Assembly (NCBI GenBank): GCA_040403945.1 | Contig: JBBAJQ010000002.1 | Location: forward strand, 9,300 to 73,299 | Direction: 5' to 3' | Length of the DNA: 64,000 nt | From: Sediminibacterium sp. | GTDB taxonomy: Bacteria > Bacteroidota > Bacteroidia > Chitinophagales > Chitinophagaceae | Part shown: positions 1-8,564 of the stretch, one piece after another | Layout: every line of letters starts with the position of its first letter | How positions within the stretch are numbered: the first letter of the stretch is position 1 | The notes under the pieces: model-generated | Told to the model about the DNA's origin: nothing | Databases searched by the model: none | Seen by the model: only the letters and a program-made list of their open reading frames with translations | Translations under genes and position numbers: made by a program

Positions 1-874
1 TTGGCTTGTTTGTTGTTGGTTATTTCTTTCCAGGCAAGTGCGTTGATTGTTCTGCGAGCGCCGTCTGAGTAGGAAAGTGTACTTGAATCAGCCGCATATT
101 GTTGCCAATCGTATTGGGTATAGGCCCATTTTTGTTGCACAGTAGGGAATAACTTGTAAGCTCCCACGGAAACAATAACAACAGCAATTACTACTCCCAA
201 AAAAAGAATAAGCCGTGAGCGCCGTTGTTGGGCTAGAATCCCCATAGCCCCATATGTAAGTATAATAATTACGGAGGCTACCCAGGCCGTTCTAACTGCC
301 ATAAATGCTATGGATATAACCAGCAGGGCTATTATCCCCCAACGCAGGGAAGCGGAAATATTATTCAATAGTGTCAGTAACATGCCTGTACCACATAAAA
401 AAATGCCAAATCTTACATGATCTGTATCCATAAAAGTGGGCAGGGATTTTCCGGCTCCATAAGCCAGCCACCAATTGTCAGAAGCTTGGGCATAGGCAAA
501 AAGTGCGTAGGCGATACCCAAACCTGCCGCCACACAGCAATACACAATCCATTTTTGTAAAACCTTCGCCGGCATTCGATTGCAAACATGAAAAGCAATG
601 GGATACATCAAAAGCGTAAGCAGATAGTCGAAATGATTCCATTGAAAAGGACTTTGCCAACATCCGAGAAGTGCAATTAGTAATACTCCCCCGCTCCAGT
701 AATGGAAGGGACTATCTTTTTTACCCTGCCGTATAAGGATATAGGTATACCCAATTGCCCAAATAACCTGTGAAATGGATAAAATGGCCCTGCTAAAAAA
801 TAAGCCGACCAGCATAATTATAAATAGCCAGCTATACAGTTGCTCGTTGATTATATGGGTAGATTGCCGCTTCA
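1..874 (-). CDS. O-antigen ligase / Wzy_C-like polytopic membrane protein (N-terminus present; 3' end runs off the window)
   Basis: The minus-strand frame is open from the ATG (complement of 872-874) to the window edge, so it is absent from the ORF track. My translation is MKRQSTHIINEQLYSWLFIIMLVGLFFSRAILSISQVIW...FMAVRTAWVASVIIIL... It is strongly hydrophobic and multi-TM, with an R-x-x-W loop like O-antigen ligase family proteins. It sits beside three glycosyltransferase genes. Confidence 0.5.
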
Positions 875-967
875 TGCCGGAAAAAATCGGAGAGGGGAAG
901 TTAGTGTAATTGCCGGTATATTTTATTTACTAAGCGGCAACCCCTAAATTTACGCTAAAGCACGTAT

Positions 968-1876
968 ATGAATTGGCCATTTCTGCTAGCTGATCTCTCT
1001 AACCCAACGTATAAGTCGTTGGCAAGAGCGATTACGTTGGTAGAGAACCAGGCAGAAGGCTACCTTAGTTTTTTACAACAGCTTCCTCAGGGAAAAGCTT
1101 TAATTACCGGCATAACGGGCTCTCCGGGTGCTGGAAAAAGTACCCTCACTGATGCACTTATTCGGGAGTGGGTAGGGCAGGGAAAGAAAGTTGGAATTAT
1201 TTGTGTTGATCCCTCTTCCCCTTTCCATTTGGGAGCATTGTTGGGCGACAGGATTCGAATGAGCTCATGGTATAATCATCCCCAGGTGTTTATTCGTTCG
1301 CTGGCTACCCGTGGGTCGCTGGGTGGATTGCATCCGCAAATTTTAGAAATATGTGCCGTGATGCAGGCAGCCGGTTTTAACGAATTGTTGGTAGAAACGG
1401 TAGGGGTTGGACAAAGTGAAATTGAAATTGCAGGTCTAGCAGATACCACCGTAGTGGTGATGGTGCCGGAAGCCGGGGATGAAGTGCAAACGATGAAGGC
1501 AGGATTAATGGAAATTGCGGACATTTTTGTTGTAAATAAATGTGATCGTCCGGATGCCGACCATTTGGTAAAGAATTTGCGGAGTATGCTAGCTCCCGCA
1601 TTTGTGCAAGGTGCATGGGAAATACCGATTTTAAAAACAATTGCAACGCAGCATTCCGGTATTGCAGAACTAGCAACAGCCATTCACCAACACCATCAAA
1701 TTCAGCGTACACCGGAGAGAAAAAAATGGTTGTTGGCAGAGAAAGCGTATCAACTAATTCGGCAATATAGAATGCGGGATATTGATAAAGCTGCGCTTAT
1801 TGCTTCCCTAGAAAAGGAAATGCAGCAACCGACATTTAATCTGTACCAATTTCTCGAAAAAAAATATGTTAGCTGA
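968..1876 (+). CDS. meaB: MeaB/ArgK-family G3E GTPase (methylmalonyl-CoA mutase-associated type)
   Basis: Walker A GSPGAGKST, VETVGVGQSE and NKCD motifs; about 300 aa; ATG at 968. Confidence 0.8.
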   Translation: MNWPFLLADLSNPTYKSLARAITLVENQAEGYLSFLQQLPQGKALITGITGSPGAGKSTLTDALIREWVGQGKKVGIICVDPSSPFHLGALLGDRIRMSSWYNHPQVFIRSLATRGSLGGLHPQILEICAVMQAAGFNELLVETVGVGQSEIEIAGLADTTVVVMVPEAGDEVQTMKAGLMEIADIFVVNKCDRPDADHLVKNLRSMLAPAFVQGAWEIPILKTIATQHSGIAELATAIHQHHQIQRTPERKKWLLAEKAYQLIRQYRMRDIDKAALIASLEKEMQQPTFNLYQFLEKKYVS

Positions 1877-2937
1877 TGAGTCCTGCGTTGCTTAGCGTAT
1901 TACTTGATACGGAAAGATTAAAATATCCGCATACAGGACTTTATCATTTTTGCCTGGAATTAGGCAAAGCATTGATGCACGAAAAATCAGCTACGGATCA
2001 GCTGAGCTTTTTTTTGCCGGCTTCTATGGAGGGAATTTTTGGTAAGGATGCCCTTTACATCAAACAATCTCCCCTTCATAAATACAGGCTGCCTAATACA
2101 GACTCCTATCAAGTGTGGCATTCTTTACATCAGGGAAGTGATTATTTTCCATTTCGTAGGCAACTGCCTGTAGTACTAACCATCCATGACCTTAATTTTT
2201 TACATCAACCCAAAAAGGGGGCGGCCCAGGTAAAAAAGGAACTGGCACAATTACAGCAAAAAATTAACCGCGCACAACATGTGGTAACTATTTCCTCTTT
2301 TGTATTGCACGAACTGCAGCATCAGTTGAATCTTGCATCGGTACCAACTTCTGTTATTTATAATGGATGCAATTTTTCTAAAAGTAGTCCCCAGCCTCCC
2401 AAGATAATACCTAGCGGACCGTTTCTTTTTGCTATCGGTACGGTAGCAGCCAAAAAAAATTTTCATGTATTACCCGCTTTACTAAAGGGGAATGAAAATC
2501 GATTGGTGATTGCCGGCATTACCCATGAAGAGGCGTATGTGCAAAAAATCAAACAAGCAGCAATACGCTGGGGCGTAGCGGATAGGCTCATCTTTGCTGG
2601 TGCAGTAACCGAAGCGGAAAAACAATGGTATTATCAGCAATGTCTCGCATTTGTATTCCCTTCATTGGCGGAGGGCTTTGGGATGCCGGTGCTGGAAGCC
2701 ATGTTTTTTGGCAAACCCGTTTTTTTATCTACCTATACTTCCTTACCCGAAATTGGCGGTTCGTTAGCCTATTATTTTACTTCTTTTGATGCGGAAGATA
2801 TGCAGCGGGTGCTGGCGGATGGGTTGCAACACTTTAGTCAGGCTTCTCCGCAAGCTGCCTTGCAAACACATGCCCAAAGTTTTAGTTGGTCGGCTGCAGC
2901 TAAAAAATACCTGGATATTTATCGACAGCTTACATAA
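1876..2937 (+). CDS. Glycosyltransferase family 4 (GT-B fold)
   Basis: C-terminal EGFGMPVLEAM E-x7-E motif. ATGA start/stop overlap with meaB suggests translational coupling. Confidence 0.8.
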   Translation: MSPALLSVLLDTERLKYPHTGLYHFCLELGKALMHEKSATDQLSFFLPASMEGIFGKDALYIKQSPLHKYRLPNTDSYQVWHSLHQGSDYFPFRRQLPVVLTIHDLNFLHQPKKGAAQVKKELAQLQQKINRAQHVVTISSFVLHELQHQLNLASVPTSVIYNGCNFSKSSPQPPKIIPSGPFLFAIGTVAAKKNFHVLPALLKGNENRLVIAGITHEEAYVQKIKQAAIRWGVADRLIFAGAVTEAEKQWYYQQCLAFVFPSLAEGFGMPVLEAMFFGKPVFLSTYTSLPEIGGSLAYYFTSFDAEDMQRVLADGLQHFSQASPQAALQTHAQSFSWSAAAKKYLDIYRQLT

Positions 2938-2944
2938 CTGCCCG

Positions 2945-3886
2945 TTATTTTATTTTTACAAACATTTTGAGGCAAAAAAGCCAGTTTCTGATGGTTGATC
3001 TTTTTTTAACGGCCAGTAACCAGTTTCGGTATTTGAAAAAACTCCACATGCGGGAGAAGTTATTCGAAAAAGAAAAATTGCGGTAGCTTCGGTTGAGTTC
3101 TTCCAACGCCTTCTTTTCGAAAATATTCTCGGGCGAACAGGTTTCGTAAAATAATTGCATCCGCTCCCGGATGGCCATTATTTCTTTGGTAGCGACCTCT
3201 TTTTTTTCTTCCGAAGAGATGGGGCGTGATTTGCCGGTGGCAGCCCCTATCAGGTTGTTGGCATGCTGTCGGTAGTCTACCAAAACTTGATTACAAAAGT
3301 TAATACCTCCTTTACAAGTTGCTATATAGGCGATCCACCAGTCATGGGGTAAAATAGCGGGAAACGGAAGGGCTCCCTGCAGTATGCTCTTTTTAAAAAG
3401 CATGGTATTGCCATAAATGCGACAAAAAACTGCTTGTTGCAGGCAGCTAGTATATGGTAAACAATTGCTAATGGTGGATACTAATTCGCCGGATGGGGTA
3501 AGGTCGGCCTCGCAGATACGGGAATCACAATACACCAGTGCTGCATCACCTAGTAATGCATATTGGGCCGAAAGTTTTTCAGGATACCAATAATCATCTT
3601 GGTCGCAAAGGGCAACCAAAGAGCCGGAAGAGAGTGTGATGGCACGTTCGAAATTGCGGATATAGCCGAGATTCTCTTTGTTATGGTATATGCGAATATT
3701 ACTATGAATAGCTGCATAGGATGCCAGTAAAAGTGAAGTGCCATCGCTACTGGCATCATCACAAATTACTATCTCCATATTAGGATAGGTTTGCGCCAAT
3801 AAACTGTCGAGCTGTTGCGAAAGAAATAGCTCTCCATTATATGTGGCCATCACTACTGATATCAATGGCTGAGTAGTAGCATCCAT
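2945..3886 (-). CDS. Glycosyltransferase family 2
   Basis: N-terminal ISVVMATYNGELFL...VICDDASSDGT GT-A/DxD signature. Confidence 0.8.
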   Translation of the reverse strand: MDATTQPLISVVMATYNGELFLSQQLDSLLAQTYPNMEIVICDDASSDGTSLLLASYAAIHSNIRIYHNKENLGYIRNFERAITLSSGSLVALCDQDDYWYPEKLSAQYALLGDAALVYCDSRICEADLTPSGELVSTISNCLPYTSCLQQAVFCRIYGNTMLFKKSILQGALPFPAILPHDWWIAYIATCKGGINFCNQVLVDYRQHANNLIGAATGKSRPISSEEKKEVATKEIMAIRERMQLFYETCSPENIFEKKALEELNRSYRNFSFSNNFSRMWSFFKYRNWLLAVKKRSTIRNWLFCLKMFVKIK

Positions 3887-4024
3887 GGTTTACTAAGATA
3901 GAAGATTTTAAAAAAAGCCGGGATCGCTATAAAGATAATCAATCGTAGCATTTTAAAAACAGAAATCAGATTTACTGCTTTTTCTTAAGGGGTTTGTATC
4001 TTTAGTTAGTTAATTAATGCTTGT

Positions 4025-4933
4025 ATGTCTGTATCCATAGTTCTTTGCACATATAATGGCAGTCGCTTTTTGGCAGAGCAGGTGCACAGCATACTCGGCC
4101 AAACTTATCCTATACAGGAATTAATCATATCGGATGATGCTTCTACAGACGATACGCTAGCATTGGCGCAAACCCTGGCGGCCGGAGATAAGCGAATCCG
4201 GGTGATTGCCCTCAAAAATAATATAGGGTTCTCTGCTAATTTTCAACAGGCGATATTGCAGGCCACGGCACCCCTGATTGCCATTTCCGATCAGGACGAT
4301 AGCTGGCATCCGGAGAAGATAGAAAGGATGGTAAATGCGCTAGAACCAGACGCTCAGCTGATTTATTGTGATTCAGTAAAATTCAGGGAATCGATTCCAG
4401 CAAACCCCAAATCCTCAACAAAAAATAAGCGGATGGAGGGAAGCGATCCTAAAAAAATATCAGTGTATAATACAGTAAGTGGGCATGCAATGCTTTTTCG
4501 AAAAGAACTAAACAGTCTTTCTTTTCCCATGCCGGATGGGGTTTATTACGATTGGTGGTTGGCAGTGATAGCAATGGCAAATGGCAGGGTGCAGTTTTTG
4601 CCGGATATTTTGGTATATCAGCGGATGCACGACCATAATGTAACCCTTACGAAACATATATCAGAAGCCACGCATAGGCACCGGTTTCGGATAACGCTGG
4701 TAAAGCACTTGGATGCATTTAGAAAGATACCGGCACTTTCGAGCCAGGATGCCCGTTTTTTTGAAGAGGCCTATCAACAGTGGAAAATATCCTTGCATCA
4801 GCGGCTAAACCCAGGATTATTTTATTGGTTGATGCGAAATCGAGCTATAGTGTATTGCAATAAAATCAGGCGTTTTCCGCTGGTTTCACAAATAAAAAAT
4901 AGTTGGCTGCTTAGTTTTCGTTGGCAGGTATAA
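4025..4933 (+). CDS. Glycosyltransferase family 2 (divergent paralog of 2945-3886)
   Basis: SIVLCTYNGSRFL...IISDDASTDDT...DQDD signature. Confidence 0.8.
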   Translation: MSVSIVLCTYNGSRFLAEQVHSILGQTYPIQELIISDDASTDDTLALAQTLAAGDKRIRVIALKNNIGFSANFQQAILQATAPLIAISDQDDSWHPEKIERMVNALEPDAQLIYCDSVKFRESIPANPKSSTKNKRMEGSDPKKISVYNTVSGHAMLFRKELNSLSFPMPDGVYYDWWLAVIAMANGRVQFLPDILVYQRMHDHNVTLTKHISEATHRHRFRITLVKHLDAFRKIPALSSQDARFFEEAYQQWKISLHQRLNPGLFYWLMRNRAIVYCNKIRRFPLVSQIKNSWLLSFRWQV

Positions 4934-4945
4934 ACAGCAGCGTGC

Positions 4946-5182
4946 TTATAAGGAGCGCTCTTCTTCTATCACCTGTTTTTCGTTTTTCCACCAGCGCCAG
5001 CCAAAATAGCCAACAATAGCAAATGGGGCAAGTGCCAGATAAATGATAGCTGAATTAAGTGAGGCGGCTGGTCCTTCTCCTAATTGAGCCGCTGTTTTTG
5101 TGCAGATAGAGCATTGAGCCAGTAGGGCATCACTGAAAACCACACCTACCAATAACCCTAGCCATTTTCTCCAACTCTTCAT
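4946..5182 (-). CDS. Small membrane protein with CxxC motif, unknown function
   Basis: 78 aa with a signal-like N-terminus ending LLAQCSIC and a C-terminal TM helix. A -7 box lies 17 nt upstream. Confidence 0.5.
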   Translation of the reverse strand: MKSWRKWLGLLVGVVFSDALLAQCSICTKTAAQLGEGPAASLNSAIIYLALAPFAIVGYFGWRWWKNEKQVIEEERSL

Positions 5183-5199
5183 ACCAGTTTCTTTAAATG

Positions 5200-5207
5200 C
5201 AAAGGTA
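5200..5207 (-). promoter_or_regulatory. Bacteroidetes sigma-A -7 box TACCTTTG
   Basis: Complement of caaaggta matches TAnnTTTG. It lies 17 nt upstream of ATG 5182. Confidence 0.45.
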
Positions 5208-5282
5208 CGAACTTTAGCAGAATGGCCCGTGCAATCACTGTAATTGCGTAATAATCACTAAATTACTGTTTAACTTTTTGTT

Positions 5283-6587
5283 ATGGAACCCAGAAGAAAA
5301 TTCCTCCAAAAAATGGGGCTTATGGCAGGTGCCTTTTCAGCTGCCAGTTTGTTTAATCAGGTGCATGCTTCGGAGTGGGAGCTGGCATCTCGCAAAATCA
5401 GTCATTTAAGTCCGGAGGAGGCTGCTATGGATGAGGACTTTTGGATGACAATCCAGCAGGCGTATACAGTTAATTCTAATTTGATTATTTTGAATAATGG
5501 CGGCGTTAGTCCTTCTCCCCGGGTGGTTCAGGAAGCGGTTGAAAGATATAATCGTTTAACCAATGAGGGCCCTTCTTATTATATGTGGCGGATATTAGAT
5601 CAGGGGCGAGAGCCTTTGCGGCAAAAATTAGCCTTACTAGCGGGCTGTTCGGAAGAAGAGATTGCAATCAACCGGAATTCAACAGAAGCCTTAAACACAG
5701 TTATATTCGGGATGGATTTACAGCCGGGAGATGAGGTGATTGGTACTTTGCAGGATTATCCCAATATGATACAAGCCTGGAGGCAGCGGGCAATGCGTGA
5801 TAAAATTAAGTACACGCAAATCAGCTTCGAATTTCCAATAGAAAATGATAAGGAAATTGTAGCCGCTTTTGAAAAGGCGATTACTTCAAAAACCAAAGTA
5901 ATTCATGTAACCCACGTAATCAACTGGGTGGGGCAAGTTTTGCCCGTAACCAAAATAGCCCGCATGGCTCATCAGCGGGGTATTGAGGTGATTGTAGATG
6001 GCGCACACTCTTTTGGTTTGATTGATTTTAAAATTCCAGATCTCGAGTGCGATTATTTTGGTACCAGTTTACACAAGTTTTTAAGTGCACCTATTGGGAG
6101 TGGGATGCTATGGATAAAGAAAGAGAAGATTGAGAAAATATGGCCACTCACCTGTAATGATAAGCCCCGGAGCAGCGATATCAGAAAGTTTGAAACCTTG
6201 GGCACACGAAGTTTTCCTATTGAACAGGGCATAGGCGAGGCCGTTAACTTTCATACTGCCATTGGAAGTAAGCGAAAAGAAGAAAGGATTAGGTATCTGA
6301 AAAATTACTGGGCATTGCGGGCTAGGGACATTCCCGGAGTAACGATTCATACGTCTTTTAAGCCCGAGTATGCCTGTGCTATTGCGGGGGTAAGTGTAGC
6401 TGGAATGACGCCCGGTGAATTAGACAGCGCCCTGATGAATCAGTATAAGATTCACACGGTAGGGATTGTTTGGGAAAACATTTCTTGTGTGCGGGTTACA
6501 CCACATGTATATACCCGGCTGCAAGACTTAGATAAATTAGTGGGGGCATTAGAAACACTGGCTGCCAAAAAAAATAAAAGCAGCTAA
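5283..6587 (+). CDS. Class V aminotransferase-fold PLP enzyme (isopenicillin-N-epimerase/cysteine-desulfurase-like) with a twin-arginine signal
   Basis: N-terminus MEPRRKFLQKMGLMAGAFSAASLF..HA matches the Tat consensus. SLHKF is the PLP-lysine motif. Length 434 aa. Confidence 0.75.
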   Translation: MEPRRKFLQKMGLMAGAFSAASLFNQVHASEWELASRKISHLSPEEAAMDEDFWMTIQQAYTVNSNLIILNNGGVSPSPRVVQEAVERYNRLTNEGPSYYMWRILDQGREPLRQKLALLAGCSEEEIAINRNSTEALNTVIFGMDLQPGDEVIGTLQDYPNMIQAWRQRAMRDKIKYTQISFEFPIENDKEIVAAFEKAITSKTKVIHVTHVINWVGQVLPVTKIARMAHQRGIEVIVDGAHSFGLIDFKIPDLECDYFGTSLHKFLSAPIGSGMLWIKKEKIEKIWPLTCNDKPRSSDIRKFETLGTRSFPIEQGIGEAVNFHTAIGSKRKEERIRYLKNYWALRARDIPGVTIHTSFKPEYACAIAGVSVAGMTPGELDSALMNQYKIHTVGIVWENISCVRVTPHVYTRLQDLDKLVGALETLAAKKNKSS

Positions 6588-6643
6588 TCGAAAGAAAAGC
6601 TGCTGATACTATTCCGGAGTAAAACAGGAATGATTGCGACTGC

Positions 6644-6757
6644 TTAAGAAGCTTTCACTACTGGTTTAGTTTGCTTGCTGGCTTTTGCCGGTCTTGATTT
6701 ACCGAAGGATCCTTTGAATCTTTTTCCTTTGGCTGTTTTTTTGTCACCTTTTCCCAT
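6644..6757 (-). CDS. 30S ribosomal protein bTHX
   Basis: 37-codon ORF below the ORF-track cutoff. My translation MGKGDKKTAKGKRFKGSFGKSRPAKASKQTKPVVKAS closely resembles Thermus Thx ([25 protein letters not shown]). Confidence 0.8.
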   Translation of the reverse strand: MGKGDKKTAKGKRFKGSFGKSRPAKASKQTKPVVKAS

Positions 6758-6794
6758 TTGTTGAATTTTTAATGATGCATTTAGGCAAAAATAG

Positions 6795-6821
6795 AAAAAC
6801 CCCGTGAAATACGGGGTTTTT
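6795..6821 (-). terminator. Rho-independent terminator downstream of hup
   Basis: AAAAACCCCG-TGAAATA-CGGGGTTTTT. On the minus strand the stem is followed by a T-run. Confidence 0.7.
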
Positions 6822-6838
6822 CTATAAAAGGTAAGAAA

Positions 6839-7108
6839 TTAGAGCTTTCCGCTTAATTCTTTACCGGCTTTAAATTTGGCCACTTTTTTGGCTTTGATTT
6901 TGATAGTAGCGCCGGTTTGCGGGTTACGACCTGTGCGAGCAGCACGCTTAGATACAGAGAAAGTACCGAAACCTACCAGGGTAACTTTGTCGCCTTTTTT
7001 CAGCGTTTTTGTAACAGTAGCTACAAAAGAATCCAGGGCAGCATTTGCCTGAGTTTTTGATACACCAGCATCTTCTGCGATCTGGGCAATTAATTCAGCT
7101 TTGTTCAT
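6839..7108 (-). CDS. hup: DNA-binding protein HU
   Basis: [18 protein letters not shown]...[19 protein letters not shown] is the classic HU/IHF fold sequence. I trimmed the ORF to the internal ATG at 7108. Confidence 0.9.
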   Translation of the reverse strand: MNKAELIAQIAEDAGVSKTQANAALDSFVATVTKTLKKGDKVTLVGFGTFSVSKRAARTGRNPQTGATIKIKAKKVAKFKAGKELSGKL

Positions 7109-7140
7109 GGAAGTTTTTTTAATGGTTTTAATAACAGCAA

Positions 7141-7148
7141 CAAAATTA
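7141..7148 (-). promoter_or_regulatory. -7 box TAATTTTG for hup
   Basis: Complement of caaaatta. It lies 32 nt upstream of ATG 7108. Confidence 0.45.
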
Positions 7149-7394
7149 TTCGCTTTTCTCAATCAACAAAATTTTTTTCAAATTTTTTGTTTCCCTTAAA
7201 ACCCTTATCAATTAAAGGTTTCAGCCTTATCTGGGGGGGATTTTATGGAGGATATTTTTCGCTGATTTAACGGAAACCCAATACCACAAAGGGTTTCGCC
7301 AATCCATCTTGTAAATAATCACCTGAAACCCTTGTAACTCTTTACTTTTTCGCCACGACTTCCGACATAATTTTCGGCAAAAAACTATCCACAA

Positions 7395-7703
7395 TCAATT
7401 CACAACTTCTAATATGCTTCTAAAACTGATGAATTGATTCCCCCATGCTTGAAAGGCTTCTTCCCGTAATTCGGGTGCGCGGTATTGAATATAGGCTTCG
7501 TATTTTTCTCTGTTTTCGGCAGTGAGTTGCAGAGAAAAGGTAGGCCCTTCCGAATCGTCTTGATCTAATAATCTTAGTAAGCGGTATTCCGAAAAATAGC
7601 CGGAGCTTATAATGGCGGGAATATGGTTTTGCTGCATCCACTGAAGCCAGCGGTCGGCAATATCGGGGGTTACTTTGGTTGTTATATTGTAAAGAATGGG
7701 CAT
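7395..7703 (-). CDS. DUF4286-family protein
   Basis: About 100 aa, MPILYNITTKVTPDIADRWLQWMQQNHIP..., resembling the DUF4286 family common in Bacteroidetes. The first ATG is at 7703; the ORF-track start is a TTG. Confidence 0.6.
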   Translation of the reverse strand: MPILYNITTKVTPDIADRWLQWMQQNHIPAIISSGYFSEYRLLRLLDQDDSEGPTFSLQLTAENREKYEAYIQYRAPELREEAFQAWGNQFISFRSILEVVN

Positions 7704-7712
7704 ATCCAACAA

Positions 7713-8495
7713 TTAGGGGATAGAAATTTCCATATAAACCGGACAATGATCACTGTGTTTTATGTGGGGCATAATTGATGCAGACACAATTTTATCAGCC
7801 AGTGGATGGGTTACGCAAATATAATCAATTCGCCAGCCTTTGTTTTGTAAGCGAACAGACGGGAATCGCTGACTCCACCAGCTATAACCACCTGTTTGCA
7901 AGGGATTGCAGTGTCGGAAGCTATCTATCCAGCCATCTTCGAGCCATCTATCCATCCAGGCCCTTTCTTCCGGAAGAAATCCGGATGATTTTTTATTGCC
8001 TTTGGGGTCGTGTATATCAATTTCGCGATGGGCGATATTGTAATCACCTACCACTATCAAATTAGGTTTTTCTTTTTTTAGAGCAGTAATATAATCGGTG
8101 AATTCTTGCAGCCACTGGTATTTGTAAGTCTGTCGTTCTTCCCCACTGGTGCCAGATGGAAAGTAGGCATTGATTAGGGTAAACGATTCGAAATCTGCCC
8201 GAATAACCCTGCCCTCAGCATCGCTGATAGCTGCGCCATGCCCCTGAATAACCTGGCTTGGCTTTACTCTTGTAAAAATAGCCACCCCACTATATCCCTT
8301 TTTTTGTGCCGAAAACCAACAAGTTTCATACCCCAGTGCATGGATGGGTGCTAGGTTTATATTCTCTTTTTCGGCCTTGGTTTCTTGTAAGCAAATAATA
8401 TCTGCCGGATGGGTACCCAGCCATTCTAATAACCCTTTATTGAGTGCTGCCCGGATACCATTTACATTATAACTTATAATACGAAGTGTTTTCAT
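7713..8495 (-). CDS. xth: Exodeoxyribonuclease III
   Basis: MKTLRIISYNVNGIRA...LQETK...DHCPV is the EEP nuclease signature. ATG at 8495. Confidence 0.9.
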   Translation of the reverse strand: MKTLRIISYNVNGIRAALNKGLLEWLGTHPADIICLQETKAEKENINLAPIHALGYETCWFSAQKKGYSGVAIFTRVKPSQVIQGHGAAISDAEGRVIRADFESFTLINAYFPSGTSGEERQTYKYQWLQEFTDYITALKKEKPNLIVVGDYNIAHREIDIHDPKGNKKSSGFLPEERAWMDRWLEDGWIDSFRHCNPLQTGGYSWWSQRFPSVRLQNKGWRIDYICVTHPLADKIVSASIMPHIKHSDHCPVYMEISIP

Positions 8496-8564
8496 CAGGG
8501 GATACAAGTTGACGGATAATAGTAATTGTAATCGATAGCTAAAACTAACGATTTTGCAGTGTAT

